From contig JAJNQF010000419.1 in NCBI GenBank assembly GCA_021154945.1, forward strand, positions 8,532-72,531: DNA of 64,000 nt, given 5' to 3'. Made by a program: the position numbers and the translations under genes. The stretch's first letter is position 1; each line of letters starts with the position of its first letter. The notes beneath the pieces were generated by a model. It saw only the letters and a program-made list of their open reading frames with translations, had not been told where the DNA came from and made no database searches. The DNA is from Sphingomonas sp. (GTDB taxonomy: Bacteria > Pseudomonadota > Alphaproteobacteria > Sphingomonadales > Sphingomonadaceae). Shown one piece after another: positions 9,744-19,643 of this stretch.

Positions 9744-12700
9744 ATGAAGCAATCACGTATCCATAGGTGCGCCTACTCCGCGCTCCTGATGACGACCGCC
9801 TGGTCGGTGCTGTCCACCGCCGCTCTCGGAGCCGCTCAGAACGCGCCTTCACAGGACCCGGCAACAGTGCAGTCCACGCCGGCCGGTAGCAGCGCGGCGT
9901 CCCCCTCCGTGCAAAGCAACCCCGTTCAGCCCGAGGGCGGTGCGCTGGACCCGACGCGGGAGCAGACGTCCGACATCGCTGATCCAATGACCGACCCGAT
10001 AGCGCGGGCCGCGGCGGAGGCAGACGTCTCGGCCGGCGACATCGTCGTGACCGGCGCAAGGGCGACGCAGAGAACCTCGATCGAGCTGAAGCGCAATTCG
10101 AGCGTCGTCGTCGACGGCCTCGTCAGCGACGAGATCGGCTCCACGCCCGACAATTCGGTGGGCGACACGCTCGAGCGGCTGGCAGGCGTATCGGCCGACC
10201 GCTTCAAGGGCAACGCCAACGAGATCTCCGTTCGCGGACTCGGGCCCACGCTCAGCTTCGCGACCTTCAACGGGCGCGAAGTCTCCACCGCGGGCGGCGA
10301 TCGTTCGGTTGCGTTCCAGCAGTTCCCGTCCGAGCTCGTCAACGGCGTCCTCGTCTACAAGACCCAGCAGGCCGACTTCCTTGAAGGCGGCGTCGGCGGC
10401 ATCATCGAACTGCGCTCCTTGAAGCCGCTCGACTACGGCAAGCGTCGTCTCCAGGCCGAGATCCGCGCCGACTTCCAGCCGAAGTCCGACGACGTCTACC
10501 AGGACGACGGCCTCGGCTACCGCGCCAACATCTCGTACACCGATCAGTTCAAGACCGGCATCGGCGACATAGGCATCAGCATCGGCTACCAGCGCCAGGA
10601 TACGACGGCACCCGAAGACTACTACAACGCCAACGCGACGTTCCAGGCGTGCAACACCTCGGCGAACAACCCGTCCCTGATCACCGGGACGGCCGGCGCG
10701 CTCGTGGCGGCCGGGGCGGGCGTGAACTGCACATTGGCGGCGGGACCCCGGTCCGTGGCGCCGGCAACGGGGCAGACGCCGGTCGCAGTCGGCGAGACGG
10801 TCGGGCCGGTCTACTTCGCGAACTCCTCGCGTAGTTTCCGCACTCAGCAGACTGCCGAGGTTCGGGACGCCGTGATCGGCGCCTTGCAGTGGCGGCCAAC
10901 CTCGACGTTCGAGGTCGCGATCGATGGACAGTTTTCAAACCGCGCCAGCCTGGAGAAGCGCAACGTGCTCGCGATCGCCGAAGGTCTGCGCGGCGTGAAG
11001 CCGCTGATCATCGGAGACGGGACGAACGGCTACTCGAAGGGCGCATTGATCAGCTACAGCGGCAACTCGAACATCGAGGACCAGCTCGAGCGTCGGGAAC
11101 GGAGCGAGAAGTACTACGGCGGCGGTCTCAACCTGATCTGGCGCCCCGACCGCTGGACCTTCTCCGTCGACGGATCCTATTCCGACTCCCAGCGGACGGA
11201 GACGCAGCGGCAGACCCGGATGCGCTCGACGACACGGGTGCCGTACACCCTGACCTACGTCGGCGACAATGTCGTGCCCGACGTGACCTTCGGAAACGGT
11301 TTCGACGTGACGGATCCCGCCAGCTTCCTTTCGGCGACCGCGACGTCCGTCTATGCCCGGAACCGGTTCGTCACCGACCGGCGTGACAAGATCTGGGCAG
11401 GTCGGGCCGACGTCTCAAGGGACTTCGATGGGTTCTTCAACCAGATCAAGGTCGGCGGGCGCATATCCAACCACCAGCGCACCAACGACAATGCACGCAA
11501 CAGCGATCTCGCGACGCTGGTCCCGGTCAACGGGCAGACGCCGGCCCAACTCATCACGGCCGCGAACCAGAACTGCAGGGCTCCGTTCACCACCCGGTCC
11601 TATTTCAGCGGCGAGACCAACCTGAACCAGTGGGCGACGTTCGACAACGAATGCCTCTTCCGGACATTCACCGGTAGCGATGACGCGCTGCCGTACCCGG
11701 CCGATGGTCGCGATCCGAGCGACATCGACGTCCGAGAGCGGATCTACGCAGCTTACGCGATGGCCAGCTTCAAGTCCGATCTGGGTTCGATCCCGTTCAG
11801 CGGAAACGTCGGACTGCGGTGGATCAAGACCGACATCGTCTCGAAGGGGTTCCGTCAGGCCTACCTGGTCACCGTCGACACGGGGTCCGACAACTACACC
11901 GTCGCAGTTGATCCGACGGGCGCGCTCACGTCGAACACGGCCAAGGGTAAGTACAACTATTTCCTGCCCAGTTCGAACCTAGCCTTCGAACTCTCCAACC
12001 AGTTGAAGCTGCGACTGGCGGGATACCGGGCGATCTCGCGATCCGGAATCGAGAGCTTCGGCGCCGGCATCAACCTGAATCCGTCGACCGGAACCGGCGT
12101 CAACAACATCATCTTCAATGCGACCACCGGCAATCCGAACCTGAAGCCGCTGCGGGCGTGGAACGCCGACATCTCACTCGAGCTCTACGCCTCCAAGGAT
12201 ACTCTGCTGTCGGTGGCAGGGTACTACAAATGGGTTGAGGGAGCCGTGATCGGTGCGAACCAGTCGATCCCGACGCCCATCACGGTCACGACGATCACGA
12301 ACGGCGGCCCCCGGCAGACCGTCGATCTGACGATCAATCCGACCGCGCCGGCGAACGATCCTAAGACGCGCAATCTGTACGGCGTCGAAGTGCAGGGCAG
12401 CCACGCCTTCACATGGCTGCCTTCGCCGCTCGATGGGTTCGGCATCCAGGCGTCCGCCAACCGGGCGTTTGCGAACTTCGAATATCCCGACACGTCCACG
12501 CTCGCGCCGTATCTCGATCCGGCCAATCTCATCGGCCTGTCGAAATGGACGGCGAGCGGCTCGGTGTACTATGAGAAGTACGGCTTCTCGATCCGTGCCT
12601 CGTACCGGTATCGGTCCGACTACTACAAGCCGAACGGCGGGACGAACCGTTCGGTTCGCGGATCAGATTTCCTGAACCTGTCGGCCCAGTACAACCTGAC

Positions 12701-12839
12701 CGACAACGTCCAGTTGAAGGCTCAAGCGTTGAACCTCACCGGTACCAAGGACGTCTTCTACAAGGGCGGCGAAGACAGCATCGCCGAGGTCTCCAACAGC
12801 GGGACACAGTACTTCGTCGGCTTCAGGGTTCGCATGTGA
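9744..12839 (+). CDS. TonB-dependent receptor
   Basis: GGGAGG RBS, signal peptide, DIVVTG TonB box, plug SVRGLGP..NGRE, GNPNLKP, C-terminal beta-strand QYFVGFRVRM. Confidence 0.95.
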   Translation: MKQSRIHRCAYSALLMTTAWSVLSTAALGAAQNAPSQDPATVQSTPAGSSAASPSVQSNPVQPEGGALDPTREQTSDIADPMTDPIARAAAEADVSAGDIVVTGARATQRTSIELKRNSSVVVDGLVSDEIGSTPDNSVGDTLERLAGVSADRFKGNANEISVRGLGPTLSFATFNGREVSTAGGDRSVAFQQFPSELVNGVLVYKTQQADFLEGGVGGIIELRSLKPLDYGKRRLQAEIRADFQPKSDDVYQDDGLGYRANISYTDQFKTGIGDIGISIGYQRQDTTAPEDYYNANATFQACNTSANNPSLITGTAGALVAAGAGVNCTLAAGPRSVAPATGQTPVAVGETVGPVYFANSSRSFRTQQTAEVRDAVIGALQWRPTSTFEVAIDGQFSNRASLEKRNVLAIAEGLRGVKPLIIGDGTNGYSKGALISYSGNSNIEDQLERRERSEKYYGGGLNLIWRPDRWTFSVDGSYSDSQRTETQRQTRMRSTTRVPYTLTYVGDNVVPDVTFGNGFDVTDPASFLSATATSVYARNRFVTDRRDKIWAGRADVSRDFDGFFNQIKVGGRISNHQRTNDNARNSDLATLVPVNGQTPAQLITAANQNCRAPFTTRSYFSGETNLNQWATFDNECLFRTFTGSDDALPYPADGRDPSDIDVRERIYAAYAMASFKSDLGSIPFSGNVGLRWIKTDIVSKGFRQAYLVTVDTGSDNYTVAVDPTGALTSNTAKGKYNYFLPSSNLAFELSNQLKLRLAGYRAISRSGIESFGAGINLNPSTGTGVNNIIFNATTGNPNLKPLRAWNADISLELYASKDTLLSVAGYYKWVEGAVIGANQSIPTPITVTTITNGGPRQTVDLTINPTAPANDPKTRNLYGVEVQGSHAFTWLPSPLDGFGIQASANRAFANFEYPDTSTLAPYLDPANLIGLSKWTASGSVYYEKYGFSIRASYRYRSDYYKPNGGTNRSVRGSDFLNLSAQYNLTDNVQLKAQALNLTGTKDVFYKGGEDSIAEVSNSGTQYFVGFRVRM

Positions 12840-14107
12840 TGCGATCTGTCCGAACCGTCCTCTCCCCGGTTCTGGCGTCTACCGCCGCTGCGCTCTCGTG
12901 CGCGGCGGCGGCCTTTTCGCCGACGCTCCAACCAATCCGGCCGACCTGTAGCGGCGTGGAAGGATACGCGCCTGCATTCAGCGGTCGTCGGACCTTCTTC
13001 CTGAAGCCCGACGAGCTGATCGCGATAAAGGCAGTCCGCGACACCGATCCGACGGTATCCGCGGCCTACCGGCAACTCCTGAAGCAGGCCGACGCAGCGC
13101 TGCTCCGTCGTCCGGGAGCGGTCACCGACAAGACGACGCTGCCGCCGTCCGGAGACCGGCACGACTATCTCAGCATCGCGCCCTATTGGTGGCCCGATCC
13201 AGCGAACCCGAATGGACCCTATGTCCGTCGCGACGGCGTGATCAACCCGGCGCGCGAAACGAACAGCTACGACAGGACCGCGATCGGCCTACTGAGCGGC
13301 GACGTCCGCGTGCTCGCTCTGGCCTACTACTACAGCGACGACATCCGATACGCGAAGAAGGCCGCGCTGCTCATCCGGACGTGGTTTCTCGATCCGGCCA
13401 CCGCGATGAACCCGAACGCGAACTTCGCCCAGGCGGTGCGCGGCCGGGAGGACGGAAGAGCCGAAGGGGTCCTCGATACGAGCGCATTCCAGTCCGTCGT
13501 CGATGCCGTCGGCCTGCTCGCCCCGTCAAAGGCGATCACGACGGACGAGCAGAAGGCGCTCGAGGGATGGTTCGGTCGCTACGTCGACTGGATGCTCACC
13601 AGTCCCAATGGCCGGGCGGAGCAGGCGGCCAGGAACAACCACGGGATCTGGTTCGACAGCCAGATAACCCAGTACGCGTTGTTCGCCCGCCGCCCCGACG
13701 TGGCGCGCAGGGTTATCGACCAGTTTCCCGCTCGTCGCATCTCCGCGCAGATGGACGTCGACGGCCGCCTGCCGGCCGAGACCGCTCGGACGCGGAGCTT
13801 CCATTATTCGATCTACGCCCTGACGCCCGCATTCGACGTGGCGGAGATGGCCGGGTGCCTCGGAAAGGACCTGTGGGGTTACAAGGACGCCAAGGGGCGC
13901 GGTCTCCGGAAGGCGACGGACTTCCTCGCGTCCTACCGCGGTCAGCCAGAGAAGTGGCCGTACAAGGAGTTGCGCCTCGAACCCAAGGAACTGGACGGCC
14001 TTCTCACGAGAGCTTCCTGGGCTTGGGGACCGGGAAGCTATCCGCGCACCGTCGACGGCTATCCGGCCGCACTGGAATACCGGTCCTATGCCCCAGTCGC
14101 TCGTTGA
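12836..14107 (+). CDS. Polysaccharide lyase, alginate_lyase fold (PL38-like)
   Basis: PSGDRHDYLSIAPYWWPDP..GPYVRRDG..NP, NNHG, RTRSFHYS motifs; signal peptide. Confidence 0.87.
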   Translation: MMRSVRTVLSPVLASTAAALSCAAAAFSPTLQPIRPTCSGVEGYAPAFSGRRTFFLKPDELIAIKAVRDTDPTVSAAYRQLLKQADAALLRRPGAVTDKTTLPPSGDRHDYLSIAPYWWPDPANPNGPYVRRDGVINPARETNSYDRTAIGLLSGDVRVLALAYYYSDDIRYAKKAALLIRTWFLDPATAMNPNANFAQAVRGREDGRAEGVLDTSAFQSVVDAVGLLAPSKAITTDEQKALEGWFGRYVDWMLTSPNGRAEQAARNNHGIWFDSQITQYALFARRPDVARRVIDQFPARRISAQMDVDGRLPAETARTRSFHYSIYALTPAFDVAEMAGCLGKDLWGYKDAKGRGLRKATDFLASYRGQPEKWPYKELRLEPKELDGLLTRASWAWGPGSYPRTVDGYPAALEYRSYAPVAR

Positions 14108-14164
14108 GCCTTGGACCGATCAGCGCCGGCAGGCTGTGCAGGCATTCCTTGGCGTCGTCACGCC

Positions 14165-15358
14165 GTGATCGATCGCCGCTCATTCATGATCGCGGCATCC
14201 GCGGCGTTGATCGTCCCTAAGCCGGCGTGCGCCCAAAGATTGGATCTGCAACGCATCGAACATGACCGCGTGGTACGCGCCGCCGACGCGTATCTGCGAG
14301 AGGCTCCCCGCACGATAACCTCGATCCCGGCACCTCGCAGCCCGGGCGGCGTGCACGACTACTACTCCGAAGCGGACTATTGGTGGCCGGATCTTTCGCA
14401 TGCGGGCGGTCCCTATGTGAGGCGGGACGGCTTCTCCAACCCAGGAAAGTTCGACGGGCACCGCGACGCGCTCATAGCGTTCGGCGTCCGCATGCCGGCA
14501 CTCGCGGCGGCATGGCGTCTGACGGGGGAGAGCCGGTACGCGCGGGCCGCAGCAGAGCATCTGAACGCCTGGTTCGTGGCGCCGGAAACCCGGATGTCTC
14601 CCGATCTCGCGCATGCCCAGGCCATCATCGGGCGCGACACCGGCCGGGCGATCGGCATTATCGACACTCTACAGATCGTCGAGGTCGCGCATGCCGCAAA
14701 ATTGCTGAGCAACCTGCGTGCGCCAGGTTTCGACGCGAGGTTCAGGGCAGGCGTCGACGCCTGGTTCCGAAGCTATCTCGGATGGCTGACGACTTCGGCG
14801 GCCGGCATCGAGGAACGGGATCAGAAGAACAACCACGGCACGTGCTGGCTACTCCAGTGCGCCGCGTTCTCGGATTTGCTCTCCGACGAAGACGCGCTGG
14901 CTGGACTCAGAACCCGGCTTCGGACGGTGATTGTTCCGAACCAGATAGCCGCGGGGGGGCGGCAGCCGCTCGAACTGTCCCGCACCAAGCCCTACAGCTA
15001 CTCGCTCTTCAACCTCGACGTTCTCGCGACCGCCTGCCAGATCCTTTCGCCGGGTTCGAGGAAGCTGTGGACCGCTGCCGGACCAGGCGGGGGCTCGGTC
15101 GCCGATGCCATCGGCTTCATGGTGCCCTTCATTCGGAAAAAGGCACGCTGGCCATATCCCGCGGACGTCGAGCATTTCGATGCCTTGCCGGTGCGCCAGC
15201 CCAGTCTGCTGTTCGGCGGGCTCGCCCTTGATTGTCCTGACTGGATCTCGCTCTGGCGTACGCTGCCGGCCGACCCGACGGACCCCGAGATCGTCCGGAA
15301 CTTCCCGATCAGGCAACCCGTGCTCTGGACGAACGGCGGCGACGTCCATGTACGTTGA
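14165..15358 (+). CDS. Second PL38-like lyase with Tat-like signal
   Basis: HDYYSEADYWWPD..GPYVRRDG, NNHG, RTKPYSYSLFN; GTG start gives MIDRRSFM twin-arginine motif. Confidence 0.85.
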   Translation: MIDRRSFMIAASAALIVPKPACAQRLDLQRIEHDRVVRAADAYLREAPRTITSIPAPRSPGGVHDYYSEADYWWPDLSHAGGPYVRRDGFSNPGKFDGHRDALIAFGVRMPALAAAWRLTGESRYARAAAEHLNAWFVAPETRMSPDLAHAQAIIGRDTGRAIGIIDTLQIVEVAHAAKLLSNLRAPGFDARFRAGVDAWFRSYLGWLTTSAAGIEERDQKNNHGTCWLLQCAAFSDLLSDEDALAGLRTRLRTVIVPNQIAAGGRQPLELSRTKPYSYSLFNLDVLATACQILSPGSRKLWTAAGPGGGSVADAIGFMVPFIRKKARWPYPADVEHFDALPVRQPSLLFGGLALDCPDWISLWRTLPADPTDPEIVRNFPIRQPVLWTNGGDVHVR

Positions 15359-15459
15359 GCCGCCCCGGGAGAGGCAGGCTTCCCGCATGCCGTACCTTAC
15401 GGATCCGGCCTTCGTGCGCCTCGCGGCGCGCTAGCGGCACCATGTTCAAGGAGAAGACA

Positions 15460-16302
15460 GTGAAAATGGAAGAGGTCGCGGCTCGGCACGAGCGCATCGC
15501 ACGGAGCTTCGTGGAAGCGAGACGGTCTGCGTCCGGCTTCGACGCGTATCCGGGCGAAGCCCCCGGCTCGCTCGAGGAGGCGTACACCGTCCAAGATCGC
15601 GCGATCGAACTGCACGACGAACCGGTCGGCGGTTGGAAGCTCGGACGCATAAACGCCCCCTTCGACAGCAGGTTCGGGGCCAACAGACTTGCGGGTCCGA
15701 TCTTCACGTCGTCCATCGTCGACGCCGCGCACGGCTCGGCAGCGGCGATGCCGGTCATCGAAGAAGGGTTCGCTGCGGTCGAAGCCGAGTTCCTTCTTCG
15801 ACTGGGTTCGTCTCCCGATCCCGACAAGCACGAATGGACGATGGAGGATGCACGATCCCTCGTCGACTCCGTCGCGATCGGCATCGAGATCGCTAGTTCA
15901 CCGCTGACCTCCATTAACGAACTCGGTCCCGCGGTTACCGCTTCGGACTTCGGCAACAACCACGGGCTGCTCGTCGGTCCCGAGTTCGAAGGCTGGCAGT
16001 CCCTCGATCTGGACGCGGTTCCGGTGAAGCTGCTGATCAACGGTGCGGAGGTCGGCTCCGCGACCACGGCCACGATGCTAGACGGCCCGTGGGGCGCAGT
16101 CCGCTTCCTGGCGGAGCTTGCCGCGGCGCGAGGAGTCGGGCTTTCGAAAGGGCAATGGATATCCACAGGAGCGGTTACCGGCGTCCATCGGGTGGCGGTC
16201 GGCGACGCCATCGAGGCCTGGTTCGGCTCCGAACGGCTGGAATGCAGGATCGTAGCGGCGACGCCGGCGGTCCCTGATCATGACCAGCGCCCCAGGTCAT
16301 GA
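15460..16302 (+). CDS. 2-keto-4-pentenoate hydratase-like protein (FAH superfamily)
   Basis: EEAYTVQ, GWKLG, AVEAEF, GIEIASSP, SDFGNN, ISTGAVTG; AGGAG RBS before GTG at 15460. Confidence 0.82.
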   Translation: MKMEEVAARHERIARSFVEARRSASGFDAYPGEAPGSLEEAYTVQDRAIELHDEPVGGWKLGRINAPFDSRFGANRLAGPIFTSSIVDAAHGSAAAMPVIEEGFAAVEAEFLLRLGSSPDPDKHEWTMEDARSLVDSVAIGIEIASSPLTSINELGPAVTASDFGNNHGLLVGPEFEGWQSLDLDAVPVKLLINGAEVGSATTATMLDGPWGAVRFLAELAAARGVGLSKGQWISTGAVTGVHRVAVGDAIEAWFGSERLECRIVAATPAVPDHDQRPRS

Positions 16303-17576
16303 GCGAGCTCGTCAGACCAGAGGACGCCGTATCGCGGATGGGTCGCTATCGATGGCTGATCTGCAGCCTGCTCTTTGCCGCAACGGCTATCAACTACGTC
16401 GACCGGCAGATGATCGGCGTGCTGAAGTCGACGATCTCCGCCGATCTCGGCTGGTCCGAGACGACCTATGCGGACGTCATCTTCTGGTTCCAGGCCGCCT
16501 ATGCGATCGGGTATCTGAGCTTCGGGAGGATCGTCGACGTAGCCGGCGCCCGCATCGGCTATTCCATCGCCTTCGTGATCTGGACCGTGGGGCACACCCT
16601 GTGCGGCTTCGTGAACACGGCGACGCAGTTCTCGATCGCACGCGCGATCCTCGGAGTCGGCGAGAGCGGCAACTTCCCGTCAGGCATCAAAGCGGTTTCG
16701 GAGTGGTTTCCCGCGCGAGAGCGGGCGTTCGCCACGGGCGTGTTCAACGCCGGCGCGAACATCGGCGCGGTCATCACGCCGCTCGTGGTCCCCGCCATCA
16801 CGCTCGCGTATGGCTGGCGCATGGCGTTCATCGTCACCGGCGCGGCCAGCCTCGTCTGGCTGGTCGCATGGATAGCGCTGTATCGGCGGCCTCGCGAAGT
16901 GAAGAGCCTTACCCCTGCGGAGTTGGCACACATCGAGAGCGATCCGGTTCATCCGGTCGAGAAGATCGGTTGGGGACGACTGCTGCGCTACCGGGAGACG
17001 TGGGCGTTCGCGCTGGGCAAGTTTCTGACCGACCCCATCTGGTGGCTCTTCCTTTTCTGGACGCCCGACTTCCTCCAGAAGCGATACGGCCTGGACCTCG
17101 TCAGCTTCGGTCCGCCGCTGGTGGTGATCTACCTCATATCCGATTTCGGCAGCGTCGCCGGGGGATGGACGTCGTCGAAGTTGATGAGCCGCGGCATGAC
17201 CGCGAACCGGGCGCGCAAGCTCACGATGCTCGCCTGCGCCATCGCGGTCATGCCGATCTTCTTCGTCCAGTACGTCGCAAGCCTCTGGGGCGCCGTCGCT
17301 ATTCTCGGTCTGGCCACTGCCGCGCATCAGGCCTGGTCGGCCAACCTCTACACCCTGCCGTCCGACATGTTTCCGAAGGGCGCGGTGGGCTCCGTGGTCG
17401 GCATAGGCGGAACCGCCGGCGCGATCGGAGGAATGATGATGGCGAAGTTCGTCGGGTACATGCTGCAGACGACCGGAAGCTATGCGGCGATCTTCGCAGT
17501 CGCAGGGAGCGTGTACGTTCTCGGTCTGCTCGTCATCCACCTGCTTTCGCCACGACTGGCTCACGTCCGTGTCTGA
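16299..17576 (+). CDS. MFS transporter, hexuronate (ExuT-like)
   Basis: INYVDRQ, GESGNFP, EWFPARERAFATGVFNAG, DPIWWLFLFW; about 12 TM segments. Confidence 0.9.
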   Translation: MSELVRPEDAVSRMGRYRWLICSLLFAATAINYVDRQMIGVLKSTISADLGWSETTYADVIFWFQAAYAIGYLSFGRIVDVAGARIGYSIAFVIWTVGHTLCGFVNTATQFSIARAILGVGESGNFPSGIKAVSEWFPARERAFATGVFNAGANIGAVITPLVVPAITLAYGWRMAFIVTGAASLVWLVAWIALYRRPREVKSLTPAELAHIESDPVHPVEKIGWGRLLRYRETWAFALGKFLTDPIWWLFLFWTPDFLQKRYGLDLVSFGPPLVVIYLISDFGSVAGGWTSSKLMSRGMTANRARKLTMLACAIAVMPIFFVQYVASLWGAVAILGLATAAHQAWSANLYTLPSDMFPKGAVGSVVGIGGTAGAIGGMMMAKFVGYMLQTTGSYAAIFAVAGSVYVLGLLVIHLLSPRLAHVRV

Positions 17577-17758
17577 CACGGACGATCGTGGGGGAAGGCG
17601 TACCGGGACCATGCGCCTGGACGTGTTCGGGAGGATCGCACCACGCAAAGACCGTCCATGATGGATCGGCGGGAGATGCAGTCTACGGCGCGGTCCGCCG
17701 GACGGATCTTCATGATGCAATTCGCCGCGAGCGGCGACAGCGCAACATCCGCTTCAAT

Positions 17759-17803
17759 GTTGTCATACAACTAATTGACCTCTTGTCCGACTCGTGATTG
17801 AAT
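17759..17803 (+). promoter_or_regulatory. Promoter: GTTGTCATACAAC (17759-17771), TTGACC (17775-17780), TTGAAT (17798-17803)
   Basis: Operator identical to the 9628 copy; 17-nt spacer to a candidate -10. Confidence 0.7.
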
Positions 17804-17956
17804 GCCGCCGACGTCAACGAACGTCTCCGAGTCGAAGGTGACGAGCACAACGGGCGAAACGTCCGATCCGTCCTTCGTGAGGATGCTGACGCTGCGGGCG
17901 ATTGGACGGCGTATGCGCCGGCCTAGGACGGACCGCGGCAAACAGGAGGGTAAGAC

Positions 17957-18706
17957 ATGACAAGATCGACACATCGAATGCTGAGCGTCGCCGTTCTCAC
18001 GGCAGCCGCGATCTTCGGACCCGCAGCCTACGCGGAATGTTCGATAGCGATACCGACGTCCACCAGCACCTCCTCCTACGGCACGCTCCAGCTTCCGGTA
18101 GATGCCAACGGGGACGGCAAGCCGGACACCATCTCCGGCAGCCAGTTGTCGAGCTATTCGAGCCAGTTCTTCGAAAGGCAGACGGCAGCCAGGATCGTGA
18201 TGCGGGTGCCAACCAGCGGACTGGCGACTACGCCGAACTCGAAGTATCCCCGATCCGAGCTGAAGGAGAACCGCACCTGGAACGTCGACGACGGCTGTGC
18301 CGCTCAGGCCGCGAGGGTCAACATCTACGACCTGCCGGCGAGCGGAGACATCGTCATCGGGCAGATCCATCAGGAAGCGACTACGCCGCGGCCGCCTGTC
18401 GAACTGCACTATACGAACGGCACGATTCACGCCGACGTGATGAAGCAGAACACGACGGCATCCGGCAGTCCCAGAACGCGTCTGACGATCGTGTCGGGCA
18501 TCCCGCTGAAGCAGTGGTTCAGCTATTCTATCACCCTGGAAAAGGGTGGCCTCCTGAAGGTTACGGTCAACGGCAGTTCCCAGACCACGTACCTCGACGC
18601 GAGCTTCGATAGCAGCAAGCTCTACTTCAAGGCGGGCAACTACACGCAGGACACAGGCGGTGGGAGTTCGGTCGGCTTCGAAGGCCTGAGCATCAAGCAC
18701 AATTGA
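17957..18706 (+). CDS. PL7 polysaccharide lyase, secreted
   Basis: PL7 signatures RSELKE, QIH, YFKAGNYTQ; signal peptide; AGGAGG RBS. Confidence 0.92.
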   Translation: MTRSTHRMLSVAVLTAAAIFGPAAYAECSIAIPTSTSTSSYGTLQLPVDANGDGKPDTISGSQLSSYSSQFFERQTAARIVMRVPTSGLATTPNSKYPRSELKENRTWNVDDGCAAQAARVNIYDLPASGDIVIGQIHQEATTPRPPVELHYTNGTIHADVMKQNTTASGSPRTRLTIVSGIPLKQWFSYSITLEKGGLLKVTVNGSSQTTYLDASFDSSKLYFKAGNYTQDTGGGSSVGFEGLSIKHN

Positions 18707-19288
18707 CCATCCGAGAGTTCCGGGGGGCGGTTCCACCGCTCCCACCCTCGTCGAGCGAAACGTACTCAAACACGAGAAAGGGCACCTTCGGTAAGGGCTC
18801 ACGCGACAGGATAGTAAGGGAACACCGGTCAAGCGTTCGTAGCGATGTGTGCCCCTGGGCGACCTTCACGACGAGGCGAACGATCGGTATGACCCCGAAC
18901 GAACGACCCCGTTCTAATGCTCGTTCTGAATCCAACGGCGATTTCGTTTAATGCAATCGCATATCCCAGACGTGCGTTTGCGATCGGACGGAAGGCGCGT
19001 GATAAACGTATTTTGCTGCATCGCGGCATTCACGTTGGAACTGCAATGTTTACCTTAATTTCGATGATCATCGCCTATCGACGCCAGGTATCGCGCCTCG
19101 CCCCTGCGGCCCTTCTGTCAGGCGGCAATGCAGCGAACGACCAGGGCATCGACCGGTCGGATGTGCGCGCCGCATAGTACGAGGCTCTTCGATGCGAATG
19201 CTCACGGTCGTTCGTATCCAACCTTGCCAAGGCGGTCGTAGCGGCTAGCTTCGGTGGTGCCGCCCGCTATGACTTCGAGGGATCCGTC

Positions 19289-19582
19289 ATGTCACGTCCG
19301 GTCATCCGTTTCGAACCCGGCAACAGCTACTGGGTGGCCGATAGAGAAAGCGTCGGCTTCGTCGGTACGACGGACCTTGGCGAGGTCGAGTTCCTGATGA
19401 CGAGCGCGGCGCTCGCCCAGATGTTGAACAACGACTACGAAGTCGTGGACGCCGAGACCGCCATGGAGATCTTCGTCGAATTCGAGGCCGACATACACCG
19501 GATCGCTCGTCTCGAGTTCGTGAAGCGTCTTGGAGGCGAGCCACCGATCCTGCTCACGGCCGCCGACGTCGAGATGCACTGA
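19289..19582 (+). CDS. Small protein, DUF1488-like
   Basis: GAGG RBS, good codon bias; size and pattern resemble DUF1488. Confidence 0.6.
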   Translation: MSRPVIRFEPGNSYWVADRESVGFVGTTDLGEVEFLMTSAALAQMLNNDYEVVDAETAMEIFVEFEADIHRIARLEFVKRLGGEPPILLTAADVEMH

Positions 19583-19607
19583 AGACGCTGCAGAACCGCT
19601 GGAGGGC

Positions 19608-19637
19608 GGGACGGCGCGGTTGTGACCGCGGCGTCCC
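19608..19637. terminator. Stem-loop between convergent genes
   Basis: GGGACGGCGCGGT-TGTG-ACCGCGGCGTCCC, 13-bp stem with one mismatch; no strong U tract. Confidence 0.5.
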
Positions 19638-19643
19638 CCGTCT

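Noticed and set aside
16280..17797. 505-aa Arg-rich ORF and similar alternate-frame ORFs (e.g. 62540-63895, 13186-14220)
   Set aside because: Off-frame overlaps of well-supported genes with R/P/G-rich composition
18707..19288. Short ORFs in the AT-richer gap after PL7; possible island border
   Set aside because: No RBS or codon support, and no tRNA, integrase or direct repeat seen
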